Shown here: one piece after another, positions 1 through 12,477 of the stretch | Layout: the number at the start of each line of letters is the position of its first letter | How positions within the stretch are numbered: the stretch's first letter is position 1 | Assembly (NCBI GenBank): GCA_950097015.1 | Contig: CATNEN010000001.1 | Location: 26,288,001 to 26,352,000 of the forward strand | DNA length: 64,000 bases | Origin: Macrostomum hystrix | Taxonomy: Eukaryota > Animalia > Platyhelminthes | Direction: 5' to 3' | Notes under the pieces: generated by a model | What the model was told of the DNA's origin: nothing | What the model saw: the letters and a program-made list of their open reading frames with translations, nothing else | Database searches by the model: none | Translations under genes and position numbers: made by a program

Positions 1-825
1 AACAAAAAAACTCCAACGGCAAGAAGATAGAAGCAAATACGGAGCTCCAAGGACAAGACGACACAAACAGTCAGTAGCTCGTACATAAAGGAAACGCTGG
101 AACTTCACCTACTGAGCATCTAACTTCCGAAGCTTTCTATCATGGGATGTCGTCGGTATTGGTGGGAGTTTTGACGAGCGTCTTACTAGTCCTTTGAAAA
201 AAACGTTGGCTAGCGGACGGGACACACTGTCCATGCTGAACTGTGTCTTAGTTGGAAAGTAAAAGTCCTTAATAACATAAAACAGCTTCTGCACGCGAGT
301 TGCGCACGTAGGAGAGTGCAGAATAAAACTGCTGTAGACAGGATAAGTCTAATGCTTTACGCACACGCCCATATTGTCAGTCACTCTCTAAAAGAATAAA
401 TTTTGGGTTTCAAGTTGTTTGGACGAGACTGGCATGCAGAATTGAAGCGGAATTATGCAGCAGTAATGACAGCAAATGATCTGGTTTCTTACCTGGAGAA
501 TATTTGGCAGCGCCTTTCTCCATCTCTCTCGCTCCTGTGGATCTCTGGGAAACGCAAATATCCGTGTTCGAACGGCTTCAGAGTTGTAATTTGACGAGCA
601 CGGAAATGCGCTGCACTTTCTTGGCATTTCATCAAGTGAATAAAAAATGCTTCTCTTGATATAGTTCAGCTTAGCTTCACTGCTGGCCGCAGCTAAAGCA
701 ATTTTAATTTGCTTGATAGCAGAGAAGACTCGAAAAAGCCATAGAACAATACTTTTAAGCGAGCCCCTCAGATTTCTTGCCATGAATTGGCTCGTTTCGC
801 GTCCCGAGGGTTTTAGTAGTCCCTG
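1..825 (-). mobile_element. 5' part of a P-superfamily DNA transposon carrying the THAP exons; runs off the left edge
   Basis: Minus strand starts CAGGGACTACTA at 825, a P-like terminus. Homology with the paralogous ankyrin promoter at 32211+ stops at about 832, so this segment is absent from the second copy. Confidence 0.5.
349..627 (-). pseudogene. THAP-domain (P-element/THAP9-type transposase N-terminus) with premature stop; exons 627-493 and 387-349
   Basis: Exon 1 reads MPRKCSAFPCSSN...IFAFPRDPQERERWRKALPNILQ (THAP CxxxxC, FxFP and W motifs) and ends at CAG|GTAAGA. Acceptor ttcttttag at 388 leads to exon 2, RVTDNMGVCVKH then TAG, where the CxxH-W/F aromatic is expected. Confidence 0.8.
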
Positions 826-914
826 TTCGAGCATAAAAGCAGTCTCCGAGCTGCAGCGGGCCAGAGGAAGAATCGCATTGTGCTCACCTTGAGCAGTGCT
901 CACCAATTAGTCCC

Positions 915-3900
915 ATGGCAGCTGGAGGCCCAAGCGATGACCAGGTGAGGGACTCAGAGCCAATCACAGTGCTCTTTCTATTGCTCAAATATTGACTGAA
1001 CATGCCCACTGACTGTTGCATTGCCGACTCTCAGCTGCAGAGACTCGCCCAGCTGACCGTCCAGGGCGACTTTGGCCAGGTGCGCCAACTGGCGACGCGA
1101 CAGCTGGTGGCAAGCACGGATGGCAGCGGAAGAACCATCTTGATGCTGGTGGCCGACGCTCCAGAGACTCCCGTGGAGGCTGAGAAGTGCGTATTGTACT
1201 TATTTGGGTTGGACGCGGATCCGGGAGCGCGTGACGGGGCGGGTGACACGGCAGCGCACGTGGCAGCCAGACGGAACCACCTGCGGCTGCTGGCGCTGCT
1301 GCCGTTCGATGCGAAGTGGCTGCAGAACGAGCGAGGCGCGACACCGCTGATGGAGGCAGCTCGGGCCGGCAGCTGGCGAACCGCGAAACACCTGCTGCAT
1401 CTGCTGAGGCAGTACAGCTATAATGAGTATGAGGAGAGAGGCAACTCGAAGAGGGATCAGCTGCTCGGCCTGCAGGACAGCGAAGGGCAAACCGCGCTCG
1501 ACCTGGCGAGGCAGGGCGGCCACTCAGAGCTGGCCAGCGACATTGAGCGGTGAGTGATCAGTTCGCTGCTGTGCCCGATTCGCAGCATTGCAGCTGGGGT
1601 GGCCTGAGCATTGGTCTCAGCCCAGCCAATCAGAGCCAGTCAGCTGAAGCCGCTGTTGTTTGCATGGCCCAATGGGATTTCATTTCGGTGCAGTCGCTTT
1701 TGCATTTCTAGTTTAGCAACTCGAGCTAACTAATAAATCGATTGGAGATCACTCAAATGGGAACCTGTCAATCTGGGAAAGCACTAGAGATGCAGGGGAG
1801 TTTTGTGCATGCAACTGAATTCCCCATGTGTTTGTGTCTCCCACGGGCAGTTACACTTCCCAATATTCTGATTGGCTGAGATTTCACTTCCCTGAACTTC
1901 GCTGAGATTCGCTGACGTGCTCAGAGAAATGCCTGCTGAATGTTCAGCTGCCTCAGTCTCAGCCCACAGCCTTCAGCTGCCTCAGTCTCAGCCCACAGCC
2001 TTCAGCTGCCTCAGTCTCAGCCCACAGCCTTCAGCTGCCTCAGTCTCAGCCCACAGCCTTCAGCTGCCTCAGTCTCAGCCCACAGCCTTCAGCTGCCTCA
2101 GTCTCAGCCCACAGCCTTCAGCTGCCTCAGTCTCAGCCCACAGCCTTCAGCTGCCTCAGTCTCAGCCCACAGCCTTCAGCTGCCTCAGTCGCCCTCACCG
2201 AAAGCCCTGACCGAATCCTCTTGTCAAATGGCGCACAGCCGAACTGCAAGCAGAGCATTTCATGCAGCAAAACGCAATCAGCAAATCTCCAATGGCCAGT
2301 GCACATATTTGTGTGTGCCACATTGGCAGCACTGAGAATTGGCATTTCTCATGCCGCAGTGCTTTCTCGACCCCAACACTTTGCTGATGCAGCGAATTTG
2401 AGGCTGAGTAAAAATGAGCTTGTCTGAAACTGCTGCCTGTTTGTGTGCGATGAGAATTTCGCATTTGATTTCTTCTGCTTTGCAGGGAGATGCGGCTGCG
2501 AGTGGATGAATATGGCAGGATCTCCGGCCTGACAGACTCGGTGAGTGGCATCTGGGGTGCCGATGTGGGTGCAGATGAGCAGCTGTGCTCAAATTCTCCA
2601 CTCGCCTTTGCAGGAGGAGGCAGAGCGAAAGCAACTGAAGAGGCTGGCCTTAGCGGGCGACTCGGCGGGGCTGCGGCGAGCGGCGACCCGCGGCAACTGC
2701 GACCTGCCGGGCAGTTGGGGTTTGACAGCGTTAATGTGGGCAGCTTGGAACATCCAGTGCGCTGACGGGGCTCTGTGGCAGCATCTGCTGCAGCTCGGGG
2801 ACCCCACCTGTGCTGATATGCTTGCTGACAGTTGCATGCACTGGGCAGTCCAGGTTGGCAATTCTGCCGCAGTCTCGCAGCTGCTCCATGCCGGAGCCTC
2901 CGCCAACCCCAGGAATTGCAGGGAATCCACGCCCCTCATTTTAGCAGCCAAGTGGGCGCCCCGCGCAACCGCCGCCGCAGTCGGTCGGGCTCTGCTGGCC
3001 GCAGGGTCGGACTGGAGCCTGAAGGACATAGATGGTGAGACTGCGCTGGACTGGGCCACAATGCTGGGAAAGAGCGAACTGGCCGAGCTGCTGCGTGGGT
3101 GAGTTGCCATGGCGACTGAGAATGTCTCTCATCTTGCATTATCGCACTGAGTGGGTGCAGGTCGCAGTGTTTCACTGATCAGAGTCAAAGTGGGTTGCAA
3201 TTTGTAGCCAAAATATTTTCTGTCCAATCAGAGTTTTGCCAGCCTCTGCCACTCAAGCAGTTTTGCAGTGCCGTAAATAATAGCATTAATATTATCAGTG
3301 GGAATAAAGCTTTCCATTTGCTGCTTTTTATAGGTGAAAATGCGCACTGCGTACCGTGCGGGCAGCTCTCTCTGCCCCCTCGTCACCTCTCTGCCCCCTC
3401 GTCACCTCTCTGCTCCCTCGTCACCTCTCTGCTCCCTCGTCACCTCTCTGCCCCCCTCGTCACCTCTCTGCCCCCCTCGTCACCTCTCTGCCCCCCTCGT
3501 CACCTCTCTGCCCCCTCGTCACCTCTCTGCCCCCTCGTCACCTCTCTGCCCCCCTCGTCACCTCTCTGCCCCCTCGTCACCTCTCTGCCCCCTCGTCACC
3601 TCTCTGCCCCCCTCGTCACCTCTCTGCCCCCCTCGTCACCTCTCTGCCCCCTCGTCACCTCTCTGCCCCCCTCGTCACCTCTCTGCCCCCTCGTCACCTC
3701 TCTGCCCCCCTCGTCACCTCTCTGCCCCCTCGTCACCTCTCTGCCCCCCTCGTCACCTCTCTGCCCCCTCGTCACCTCTCTGCCCCCCTCGTCACCTCTC
3801 TGCCCCCCTGTCCCTTTAACCGCAGTTTCGCACAGGGCAGACAGGATGCTGAAATTTCAGTGTCTAACGCATGCAGCACAGCAGGGGTCCACTGTTCTCA

Positions 3901-6612
3901 TGCAGAATGCTGCAGATTCACTGCCCCATCTGGGAGGTGACCACCCCGCTTTCCCTGTCGACCCGCAGCCAGCGAGAGGCAATTCTGCCCATTCCGCTGA
4001 CTCCTGAGCACACACGCACACAGATGCCTTCAATAAAGTTGACAGCTATCCAAATACTTTTGCGGAGTCTGTCTCGGTTTCCTCACCTTCTTCAGTGATT
4101 TTCCACTGGCCAAGTGAGCCTCACTGACCAAAAACTGTCAGTTCAAAAGCAGTAGAAGGGAAGTGGGCTCGTATTTTTGTATTCACTTTTCCCCACCGCA
4201 TGTAAATCTGATATTCTCCTTCGGGTAGCATGTTTTGAGCAAGGACCACTAAACAACACCGCATGCGGTCAATTAAAAAAAGTTGACTTATACAAACATT
4301 CCGTTTACACATTCTGTTTATATATTTAACATTTTGATGCTCACCGATGAGTACGTCGGCAAAGCCGTCATCATCGGCAATGCTCGCTTCTCGTTCGTCC
4401 CGCGGGAAACTATAGACAGTACATCTCTCTCCACTGTCATAGCTGCTCTTGCAGTCTTTGACGCAGCACTTTCTTGGCTGATGCGAAATCCAAAGTCAGA
4501 TAAATCACAAATCACGCTAGCATCTGTCTTGTGCAGAACTCTTATCGATTTGGTGCCTCGGGCCTGAATGAAGCTAGAAATCAAAAGAAAAAATGTACGT
4601 GGTTAAAAATATTCATTTAAATGCAAATATCTTTGCTCCGAAGAAACTTTGAGAGCTGTAACTGAAATCATTCGATGCAAAATTAAAAGACGAATCCAGT
4701 GATATATTTCTTAGTAATTAAATAGAAACATTTAATTTCGACAGAAACATTCTTTTTTTAATAATTTTACTTTTTACTTATTTCTGCACAAAAATCACAA
4801 AACTTCACAAAAGTGCACAAAATTTTAACTGTTTCAACAAACTAAAACTGGGGATTTTTTCAGTACACATTTACATCTTCATTGAAACAATGGTCATTGT
4901 CCTACTTCGCTTGAACTACTTATTGGTTTCTGTAACTACTGAAAATTAAGACCTTAATGTAACCACTACATGATCAATTGGAAGAATACAAGCGAAGCCA
5001 GACAGTGAGTTCACACTAATTAAATGATATTTATATTCAAATTAAAATACGCGAAAGTTCGAATGTCAAATTGTGCGCGTACGCTACTGTACATCTGATA
5101 CCAAAACTACACAATTTCAAGACGAGAATGTGAAGACTAATTATTCGTATATTCTACTTAATCATTCAGCTTCAATTTTTTTACTTTATTTCGACATTTA
5201 GTCTGTTTAGCTTTTGTTTTATTTGTTTTATTAAAGAGGTGGAGATGAGACAGAGGAGATGAGACAGAGGAGATGAGACAGGAGAGATGAGACAGGGGAG
5301 TTTAGACAGGGGAGTTAAGACAGGGGAGATGAGACATGCTGAGCCATGCACTTCCTTCAAGAAGGTGCTATGAAATGCATTGTTCTCATTGCTAGCAGAA
5401 TCTACGACTCGTAATTGATACACATACAACTCATGTCGCTTATTCAGAGGGAAGGCTGGTAGGAGCCAGAAGTGACAAGTCAGTGTTGATATTATATTGC
5501 TCGTTGACAATCTCCACTTCCACCAACCAATGCCCATGCAGGTACGAAGGCAAGGAGTACTTTGAAAAGCCGTGAGTACATACATTGCTGCTGCTTTTGT
5601 TGCATTTCTGCTCTCTGCAATCTGCAGCTCTTCTGCCCACCTGCCGTTTGCTTTCATCAGCCACTAAAAATTCCTCAGGTTTCTCATTGAGCGCTGGGAT
5701 TCCGTCAAGCTCATCGGCAGGGGAGGCTTCGGCGATGTCCACGAAGTGCTCACGGACGAGGGCATCAGGTGCGCTGCGAAGACTCTCAGACTGCCAGTGC
5801 AGCTCGGCGACCTGGAGCCTTCAAAGAGAAAGGTGATCGACAAGTTTATTGAGGGCGAGAAGAACCTGTGCCAGCTGCAGCACCCCAACATCGTCAGCTT
5901 CTTGCACATCGCTCAGCCTGAGTATGCGACAGTTGTTGTGTTCATGGAGCTGCTGGATGGCTGCAGCCTGGAGAGATTTCTCGACTCCAAGCCGCTGGGC
6001 GAAGAAGCCATTCGAAAGTTCAGCGAGCAGGTGAGATTTGAGCAGCCTGCTCATGAGTGATGCAGTGAGTTGACTTTTTAGCGTCAGCCGACACCAGTTC
6101 CTCAACCCACCCACCTGCAGATCTGCAGCGCGCTGCACTACCTGCACAGCCGACAGCCGCCCGTGATCCACAGAGACATCAACTGCAGCAACATCATTGT
6201 GCTCGGTGACAACAGGCGAGTCAAGCTGATCGACTTCGGCCTGTCAATCAAGCTGGAGCAGTCTGTCAGCCACCTCACAGCCTCCACTGCCACACCGAAG
6301 GGCACTCTGAACTTCATGGCGCCAGAGCTGCTGGCACCAGACGATGAAGGCCACCCGCGGTACAGCAGAGAGTCGGACATCTGGGCGTTCGGCTGCTCAG
6401 TCTTCCAGATGGCCACGGGAGGCAGGCCCTACTCAAACGCCAGACACTATTACCACGTAGCTCAGAAGCTGGAGAAGGACGGAGCCCCCGCCCTGCCCGG
6501 CAGCTGCTCGGCGGAGCTGCGGGACTTCTACAGCCGCTGCACCGCCCGAGACCGCAAGGAGAGAAAGTCAGCAGAGGAGCTGTGCCTTCACGGCTTCCTG
6601 CTGCGACGGTGA
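915..6612 (+). CDS. Ankyrin-repeat + Ser/Thr (MAP3K/STE11-like) kinase protein; predicted exons 915-944, 1035-1549, 2486-2540, 2614-3098, 5679-6030, 6121-6612
   Basis: Ankyrin motifs (GDTAAHVAA, GATPLMEAA, GLTALMWAA, STPLILAA, GETALDWA). Kinase motifs GRGGFG, AAK, HPNIV, HRDINCSN, DFG, GT..FMAPE, DIWAFGC. All GT/AG junctions are phase-compatible, including 3098 to 5679 (phase 2). Extra exons in 3.1-5.6 kb cannot be excluded. Confidence 0.75.
1943..2190. repeat. 29-bp intronic minisatellite (ttcagctgcctcagtctcagcccacagcc), about 8 copies
   Basis: Tandem periodicity read directly. Confidence 0.95.
3368..3808. repeat. About 20-21-bp intronic minisatellite (cctcgtcacctctctgccc)
   Basis: Tandem periodicity read directly. 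Confidence 0.95.
5240..5335. repeat. Short 14-15-bp tandem repeat (gagacaggggagat-like)
   Basis: Read directly. Confidence 0.8.
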
Positions 6613-6784
6613 CTAAGCTGGCAGACAGACTGGCTGACACTGATAGACCCCCTCACATTTGTAAACTTCTGAACTTACTTCAGCTGTGTAATTATTTGCT
6701 GTTTAATTTTTCCCAACGGATTTAATGCTCATTCATGAGCTGCTCCAATCTCTACTCGCTATGGTTTAATACTGGATAACCTGT

Positions 6785-7082
6785 GACCATCCTGCATGAC
6801 TCTTGTATGACCATCCTGCATGACTCTTGTATGACCATCCTGCATGACTCTTGTATGACCTTCCTGCATGACTCTTGTATGACCATCCTGCATGACTCTT
6901 GTATGACCATCCTGCATGACTCTTGTATGACCTTCCTGCATGACTCTTGTATGACCTTCCTGCATGACTCTTGTATGACCTTCCTGCATGACTTTTGTAT
7001 GACCTTCCTGCATGACTCTTGTATGACCTTCCTGCATGACTCTTGTATGACCTTCCTGCATGACTCTTGTATGACCTTCTTG
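6785..7082. repeat. 24-bp minisatellite (tgacc[a/t]tcctgcatgactcttgta)
   Basis: Read directly. Confidence 0.95.
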
Positions 7083-7668
7083 CAGTCTCGCATTGTCCAT
7101 CAGTTTAATTTGTCAGTGAAACACGAAACTGATGTGTTTATTACTACAGTTACTATTAGTAATCAGCCATAATATACCCAGCTTACTATGCCAAGACAAT
7201 TTTGAAACTTTTTCATTCCTCTTTGCTTTGTTGCATTCTCCGGCAGGGCAGGGGGTGGGCGGCTGCCTGGAGCCAAGCACAATAGGACAGAAGGTGCGGG
7301 TCAGCCTGAGCAGCTGCTCAGGGCTCGGTGAGACAGAAGAGCAACAATTATCAGATGAGCACTCTCTGTACTCACTCTGGGCACCTACACTCACGGTCCT
7401 CACCTCATAGAACGAGAGACCGCAAAATTTATTATATTATTATATTTATATCAATCGCCAGATAGCAACTGGCTGAGCACACGAGAAAGCCAAGCAATGA
7501 GCTGTGACTGCCCAAGTCGCTCATCTCAGAAATATTTTCTATGAAATCTCTCTGGAATGCGTAGGAGGCTCATTGTACCTAATGCAGCTCCTCTGCTCAG
7601 CCTTCACCCCTGTCTGCTCAGAGCTCCTACTTGAGTTCTAGTTTTGTCTCTCAGTCCGATTAGGAACG

Positions 7669-8447
7669 GTTGAGGGAATGGGGATCGAGTTAAGTGAATG
7701 GGGATCGAGTTGAGGGAATGGGGATCGAGTTGAGGGAATGGGGATCGAGTTGAGGGAATGGGGATCGAGTTGAGGGAATGGGGATCGAGTTGAGGGAATG
7801 GGGATCGAGTTGAGGGAATGGGGATCGAGTTGAGGGAATGGGGATCGAGTTGAGGGAATGGGGATCAAGTTTCGAAAATGGGGATCGAGTTGAGGGAATG
7901 GGGATCGAGTTAAGTGAATGGGGATCGAGTTGAGTGAATGGGGATCGAGTTGAGGAAATGGGGATCGAGTTGAGGAAATGGGGATCGAGTTGAGGGAATG
8001 GGGATCGAGTTAAGTGAATGGGGATCGAGTTGAGTGAATGGGGATCGAGTTGAGGAAATGGGGATCGAGTTGAGGAAATGGGGATCGAGTTGAGGGAATG
8101 GGGATCGAGTTGAGGGAATGGGGATCGAGTTGAGGGAATGGGGATCAAGTTTCGAAAATGGGGATCGAGTTGAGGGAATGGGGATCGAGTTAAGTGAATG
8201 GGGATCGAGTTGAGTGAATGGGGATCGAGTTGAGGAAATGGGGATCGAGTTGAGGAAATGGGGATCGAGTTGAGGGAATGGGGATCGAGTTGAGGGAATG
8301 GGGATCGAGTTGAGGGAATGGGGATCGAGTTGAGGAAATGGGGATCGAGTTGAGGGAATGGGGATCGAGTTGAGGGAATGGGGATCGAGTTGAGGAAACT
8401 GGGATCGAGTTGAGGAAATGGGGATCGAGTTGAGGGAATGGGGATCA
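7669..8447. repeat. 20-bp minisatellite (gggatcgagttgagggaatg) with an internal 280-bp higher-order duplication
   Basis: The variant unit gggatcaagtttcgaaaatg recurs at 7861 and 8141 with the same following variants. Confidence 0.95.
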
Positions 8448-10031
8448 ATTGCATATTTTCAGCAGAGCAGCTCAACTACCGCCTCAGGCTGTGAGCTCGC
8501 GTCCCTCCCTCTGCCTCCATTCTCTGTGCTTGAGACGCACCGTGCGACCTTCCCCTGCCCCAGCAGTGCCAGTGGAAAACTGAGAGAAGGCTGGGCTGAG
8601 AGACAAAAGAGACAGACTGGCTGCTTATGATCTCAGAGCATTTCTATGAACTCAATTAGCCATAGGAAATGCCATCTGTATTGAGCAGTCTCTGAAATGA
8701 GTCTATTTCTCAAAGCAGGTATTCACTGCCAGGATGGCATTGTGCGGGGCTGCCCTCTCCCTCTACCCCACTTTGCCGTCTCTTACGATGCAGATTTCAT
8801 ACACGAGACACTACGAATCCTGAGCAGTTAAGGTGGTTCGCCAGGGACATTGGAATGGGGCTACTGTCATGCAGCGTGACCAGGTCATGAAAAGCCTGGC
8901 ATTCCTAGCACTTGCGGGCGGGCCGGGCCGGACCGGGCCGAGAACTCGCTGCGACAAACTCGAGAAACTGCGGGCTGCGGAGTGGCACCACCTGCCATCC
9001 CTGACACCTGCCATCCCTGACACCCTCTGAAGGGTAACGGGCAAAGCCTGCAGACTCGCAGTTTCAAGTCGACTCAAAGGCTGTCCAACTGAGCTGATGG
9101 CGCATTTCATTTCAGCTGCCTGGCAGCAAGCAAAACGCACTGCATGAAATCTGCTTTGAACCGAACATTTTCAGCAGCCTCTCAGACTCTGTCTTCTATT
9201 TCTCTGGAAGGACAACTGCCCACAAAACCCGGGATTATTGACACCTAAGCGAAAACGTAACAAAATTAAAAAAGGGCTTTGAACACAGGCTGGTGCAATC
9301 AAGGTAAACCTATAGAAGCACCGAAGCACCGAAGATCTAGAAGCTAGACCTAGAATTTCGGGCCTAGAACCTGCTGCGATAGTTTTGCATAGCATCATAT
9401 GGTATTTTGTATATTCGTATATAGAGCAGCAAGGGAATTATACTCGTGTGAGACTCTTCACAAAACCCTGACTTTTCAACTCAACGCCTACTTTAATTAC
9501 ATCGAGTAGACATCGTACAGCTCTGCTGCTGTGTACAAGTGCGAGCCACAAAGCACCTTGTTGAATAAATACTTGATAGGCAAATGGTTAACTCAGCTAC
9601 AGCACTGCACAAGCTTATGAAGGACGTGCATGCGTGCATCTCGTGCATGAACGACAAATACTACTGTGAGTAGTAGTATTTGATTTTGGAGTTTGAGTCA
9701 ATTTTCTATTTATATTTAGGTATAGAAAACTAAAAACACACAAGTGCTGAAGGTATTTTCCTGACTGGCTTCAATAAATGGCGACGTCAAACTCAGGTGA
9801 CCAAATATGGCCACAACGGCTTGTCTTGATGGTGTGCCACTGCATGTGCTAACCGACTAATTGAAGACAAAAACTTGTTCCAAAATTTCATCTTAGAAGC
9901 ATCATAGGGATCTTGGTACACTTTTATTAACTCAAATTTAGTCTCATTACAATGAAGCACTGATTTGTTCGTAACGAAACTTCTCAGTTCACACACTGAT
10001 CACGGCCTGGACCGTTGCAGCCTTCATCGCA

Positions 10032-11774
10032 TTAGCCGATTAGCTGTGGCACAGGCAGTTCACAATTCCCATTTACTTCAATCCTGCCCGACTCCGCACA
10101 GGTGGCATAGCAGCGGCCGTTCACTTTGAAGTTCCGACACGCCACGCACATGTCTGGGCCGGGTCCCCAGCATTCGTCCTGGCACTGAGCATCGCAGGTA
10201 GCGTTCCGGCAAATCTCGCTGCTGTCATCAAAGATCAGGTTTAGCATTGTAATATGAAATTCTCTAGTGACTTCCTGGATTTCTCGGATTCGATTGCTTG
10301 GATACCAGGCTCTGCAAAGACGACTAATATACTCAAGCACAAGGTTAGCAGTATATTGCAAGCTAGCTAGTCCGAGGTATCTCGTCTGGAGAAATAAAAT
10401 CTCAAAGGAATCCGTGACATGTTTGATATTACGTAGAAATCGGAGGTTATCTGTTAAGTGTTGAGATCTATGAATTACTAAATTGCCGTAAAAGTATTCT
10501 AAGTTCTCCAATGCTCTAAGGTTATTTAAGCTACTTAACTTATTAACATCCACAAGTAGAGAAAAATCGGCCCTCCAAATCGAACACTGCTCAGTCCTCA
10601 ATGAGTTTGCTAAATTGTCTGAAATCAAGAAGGAGACATTGCACGATTTGCAGGGCTTAGAGCTAATTTTTTCAATACACTTTGTGCAAACTCCTTCGAT
10701 AGGGACTTCCGCTGACGGACACTCGATTAAACAGCGCCTGCCGTCAGAGCTAACAAAAAAGGCCAGTGAGCACTTCTCTACGCAGATGTTGCCGATCTGT
10801 CGCCAAACAGTCACGCCAGTGCCATTTCCACTAGCGGTACTAGTATTCGACGGACAGGATTCTCTACAGACACCATTGAACAATACTCCTCTCCGACAGG
10901 CGAAGCACTCGTTGGGCCGGTTTGAGCAACCGCCAAGGCAGTCGTCGTGGCAGCAGTCTTCTTGGCCAGTGCTCGGGTTATGGAAGCATAGGTTCGTAGT
11001 GTTACACTTGCGCTTACGACACAGATGATTACTTTGGCAGCCATCAACACCGTCGGACCAGCAAGTTTGGTTATAAATTGGAGTTTGAGTACAGTTAGCG
11101 TGACAGGAAAGCAGACGATTGCAGGTACGCCTATCAATCACACCCGAGTTAGAGCTTTTCTTAAGACTTTGGCCTTCATCAGTAGTAACAGAAATCACTT
11201 CATCAAAATAGCGCTGGCCTGGTTCTTGAAGCAGGCTTGTCCAGTTGATGCTGTAGGACAGGTAGCAGTACAAGCTAGACTGCATTTGCGCACCATATAG
11301 AATAACATTTCTCCATGTGATAGCAGTCAACTTGGGCATTTCCAGCTTTCTCATGTTCGGCGACTTGAATATTCCAAACGTGTAGCCAGAAAAATTTTTA
11401 AAAGCGTAACCTCGGATGGTGCGCAAGTTGCGGAAGGTGACGCGCTCAAGGTTGACGTACTCGATCCATATTTTTCCGCTGATCTCCACAATGGAGTCAA
11501 GAAAGTCAGTTTGCATGCCTCGAATTTCATCGTCCAGCGGTTCGTATGTTAATTGGGTATAACCTATCTTGCTCAATGTCACGTCGCCGAAAACATACTG
11601 GCAGCCAGCTACTAAAGCCGTTAAGTCCGCCTGCAAGCGACTAACATTTCTGTGGGTCTCATAGCCGTAGCTGGTGATAGGTAAGGATTTGCAGATCCGG
11701 ATGCCAGAAGCAACATCGTCGTGTAACAGCGGAAGCAAAAGAAGCAACCGAAAAACAAGCTGCAGGAAATTCAT
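10032..11774 (-). CDS. Secreted EGFR/ErbB-ectodomain-only protein, copy A (signal peptide, L1, furin-like Cys-rich, L2, partial domain IV; no TM or kinase); intronless CDS
   Basis: 580-aa ORF with hydrophobic N-terminus. Motifs CQYVFGDVTL, FLDSIVEISG, NLRTIRG, LEMPKLTAI, INW, DCCHDDCLGGC, CFACR and CWGPGPDMCVACRNF are all EGFR-like. Ends at TAA with no hydrophobic segment. Confidence 0.9.
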   Translation of the reverse strand: MNFLQLVFRLLLLLPLLHDDVASGIRICKSLPITSYGYETHRNVSRLQADLTALVAGCQYVFGDVTLSKIGYTQLTYEPLDDEIRGMQTDFLDSIVEISGKIWIEYVNLERVTFRNLRTIRGYAFKNFSGYTFGIFKSPNMRKLEMPKLTAITWRNVILYGAQMQSSLYCYLSYSINWTSLLQEPGQRYFDEVISVTTDEGQSLKKSSNSGVIDRRTCNRLLSCHANCTQTPIYNQTCWSDGVDGCQSNHLCRKRKCNTTNLCFHNPSTGQEDCCHDDCLGGCSNRPNECFACRRGVLFNGVCRESCPSNTSTASGNGTGVTVWRQIGNICVEKCSLAFFVSSDGRRCLIECPSAEVPIEGVCTKCIEKISSKPCKSCNVSFLISDNLANSLRTEQCSIWRADFSLLVDVNKLSSLNNLRALENLEYFYGNLVIHRSQHLTDNLRFLRNIKHVTDSFEILFLQTRYLGLASLQYTANLVLEYISRLCRAWYPSNRIREIQEVTREFHITMLNLIFDDSSEICRNATCDAQCQDECWGPGPDMCVACRNFKVNGRCYATCAESGRIEVNGNCELPVPQLIG

Positions 11775-12477
11775 TTTCTTAAATCACCTCTGCAGTGCTT
11801 TCTTTCTATTTTGATTCCCAGCTCTGAAGTTTTTCACTTCTTTAAATACGAATGGAATGAAATGCGACTCATCGAAAATAAAATTCTTTCGCAGGAAATT
11901 TTGCAACAAAAAATAACACCACTTTCCAAATTTTTCCCGTTTCTCCGACTCTGCAGAAAAACTTACTCAAAGCATTTTTCTGTCGCTTGTTTTTCAAAAA
12001 TGAGGTATAAAAATCAATAAATTATCGCAAGACAAACAACTTTAGCTTTTTCTTTTTGGCTCTTAAATTCCAGCTTGGAGTTAATTGTGCTCCAACTCGG
12101 GCAATTATCAGTGAAAGAAGCGACGAAAGACTAATATTAAATGAATAATTTTTTGTTTTTTATATTAAGAAAATGTAAGCCTATGGTTCTATTTATACCT
12201 TCGATACAAAAAGTCAATCAATAATCAGTAGACAAGGCGCATTTGGCTGTTGTTGTTTCGGCTCTTGAATTGCAGGAGTTCATTTTGCGCCGGTGCGGGC
12301 AATTTGCAGCAAAAGAAGCGACGAACGAACCGAAAGACTAAGCAATTATTGAGCATTGAGTATTGAGCACTGACCTTCTTGACGACTCCAACGGTTTCTG
12401 CTCTGCCGCAGAACAAGCAGGCGACATCCCGACTAGCGACTCTCCGAGAAGTGACTCGTTCTACGTGAAAGTGACAC

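Noticed and set aside
1002-1034. ATG at 1002 as the ankyrin gene start
   Set aside because: It is TTG in the paralog. Both copies conserve an upstream MAAGGPSDDQ exon with a GTGAGG donor.
4100-5600. Short ORFs inside the large ankyrin-kinase intron and at 7.1-7.4 kb and 8.8-9.1 kb
   Set aside because: No recognisable motifs; they may be decayed elements or unrecognised exons but cannot be supported.
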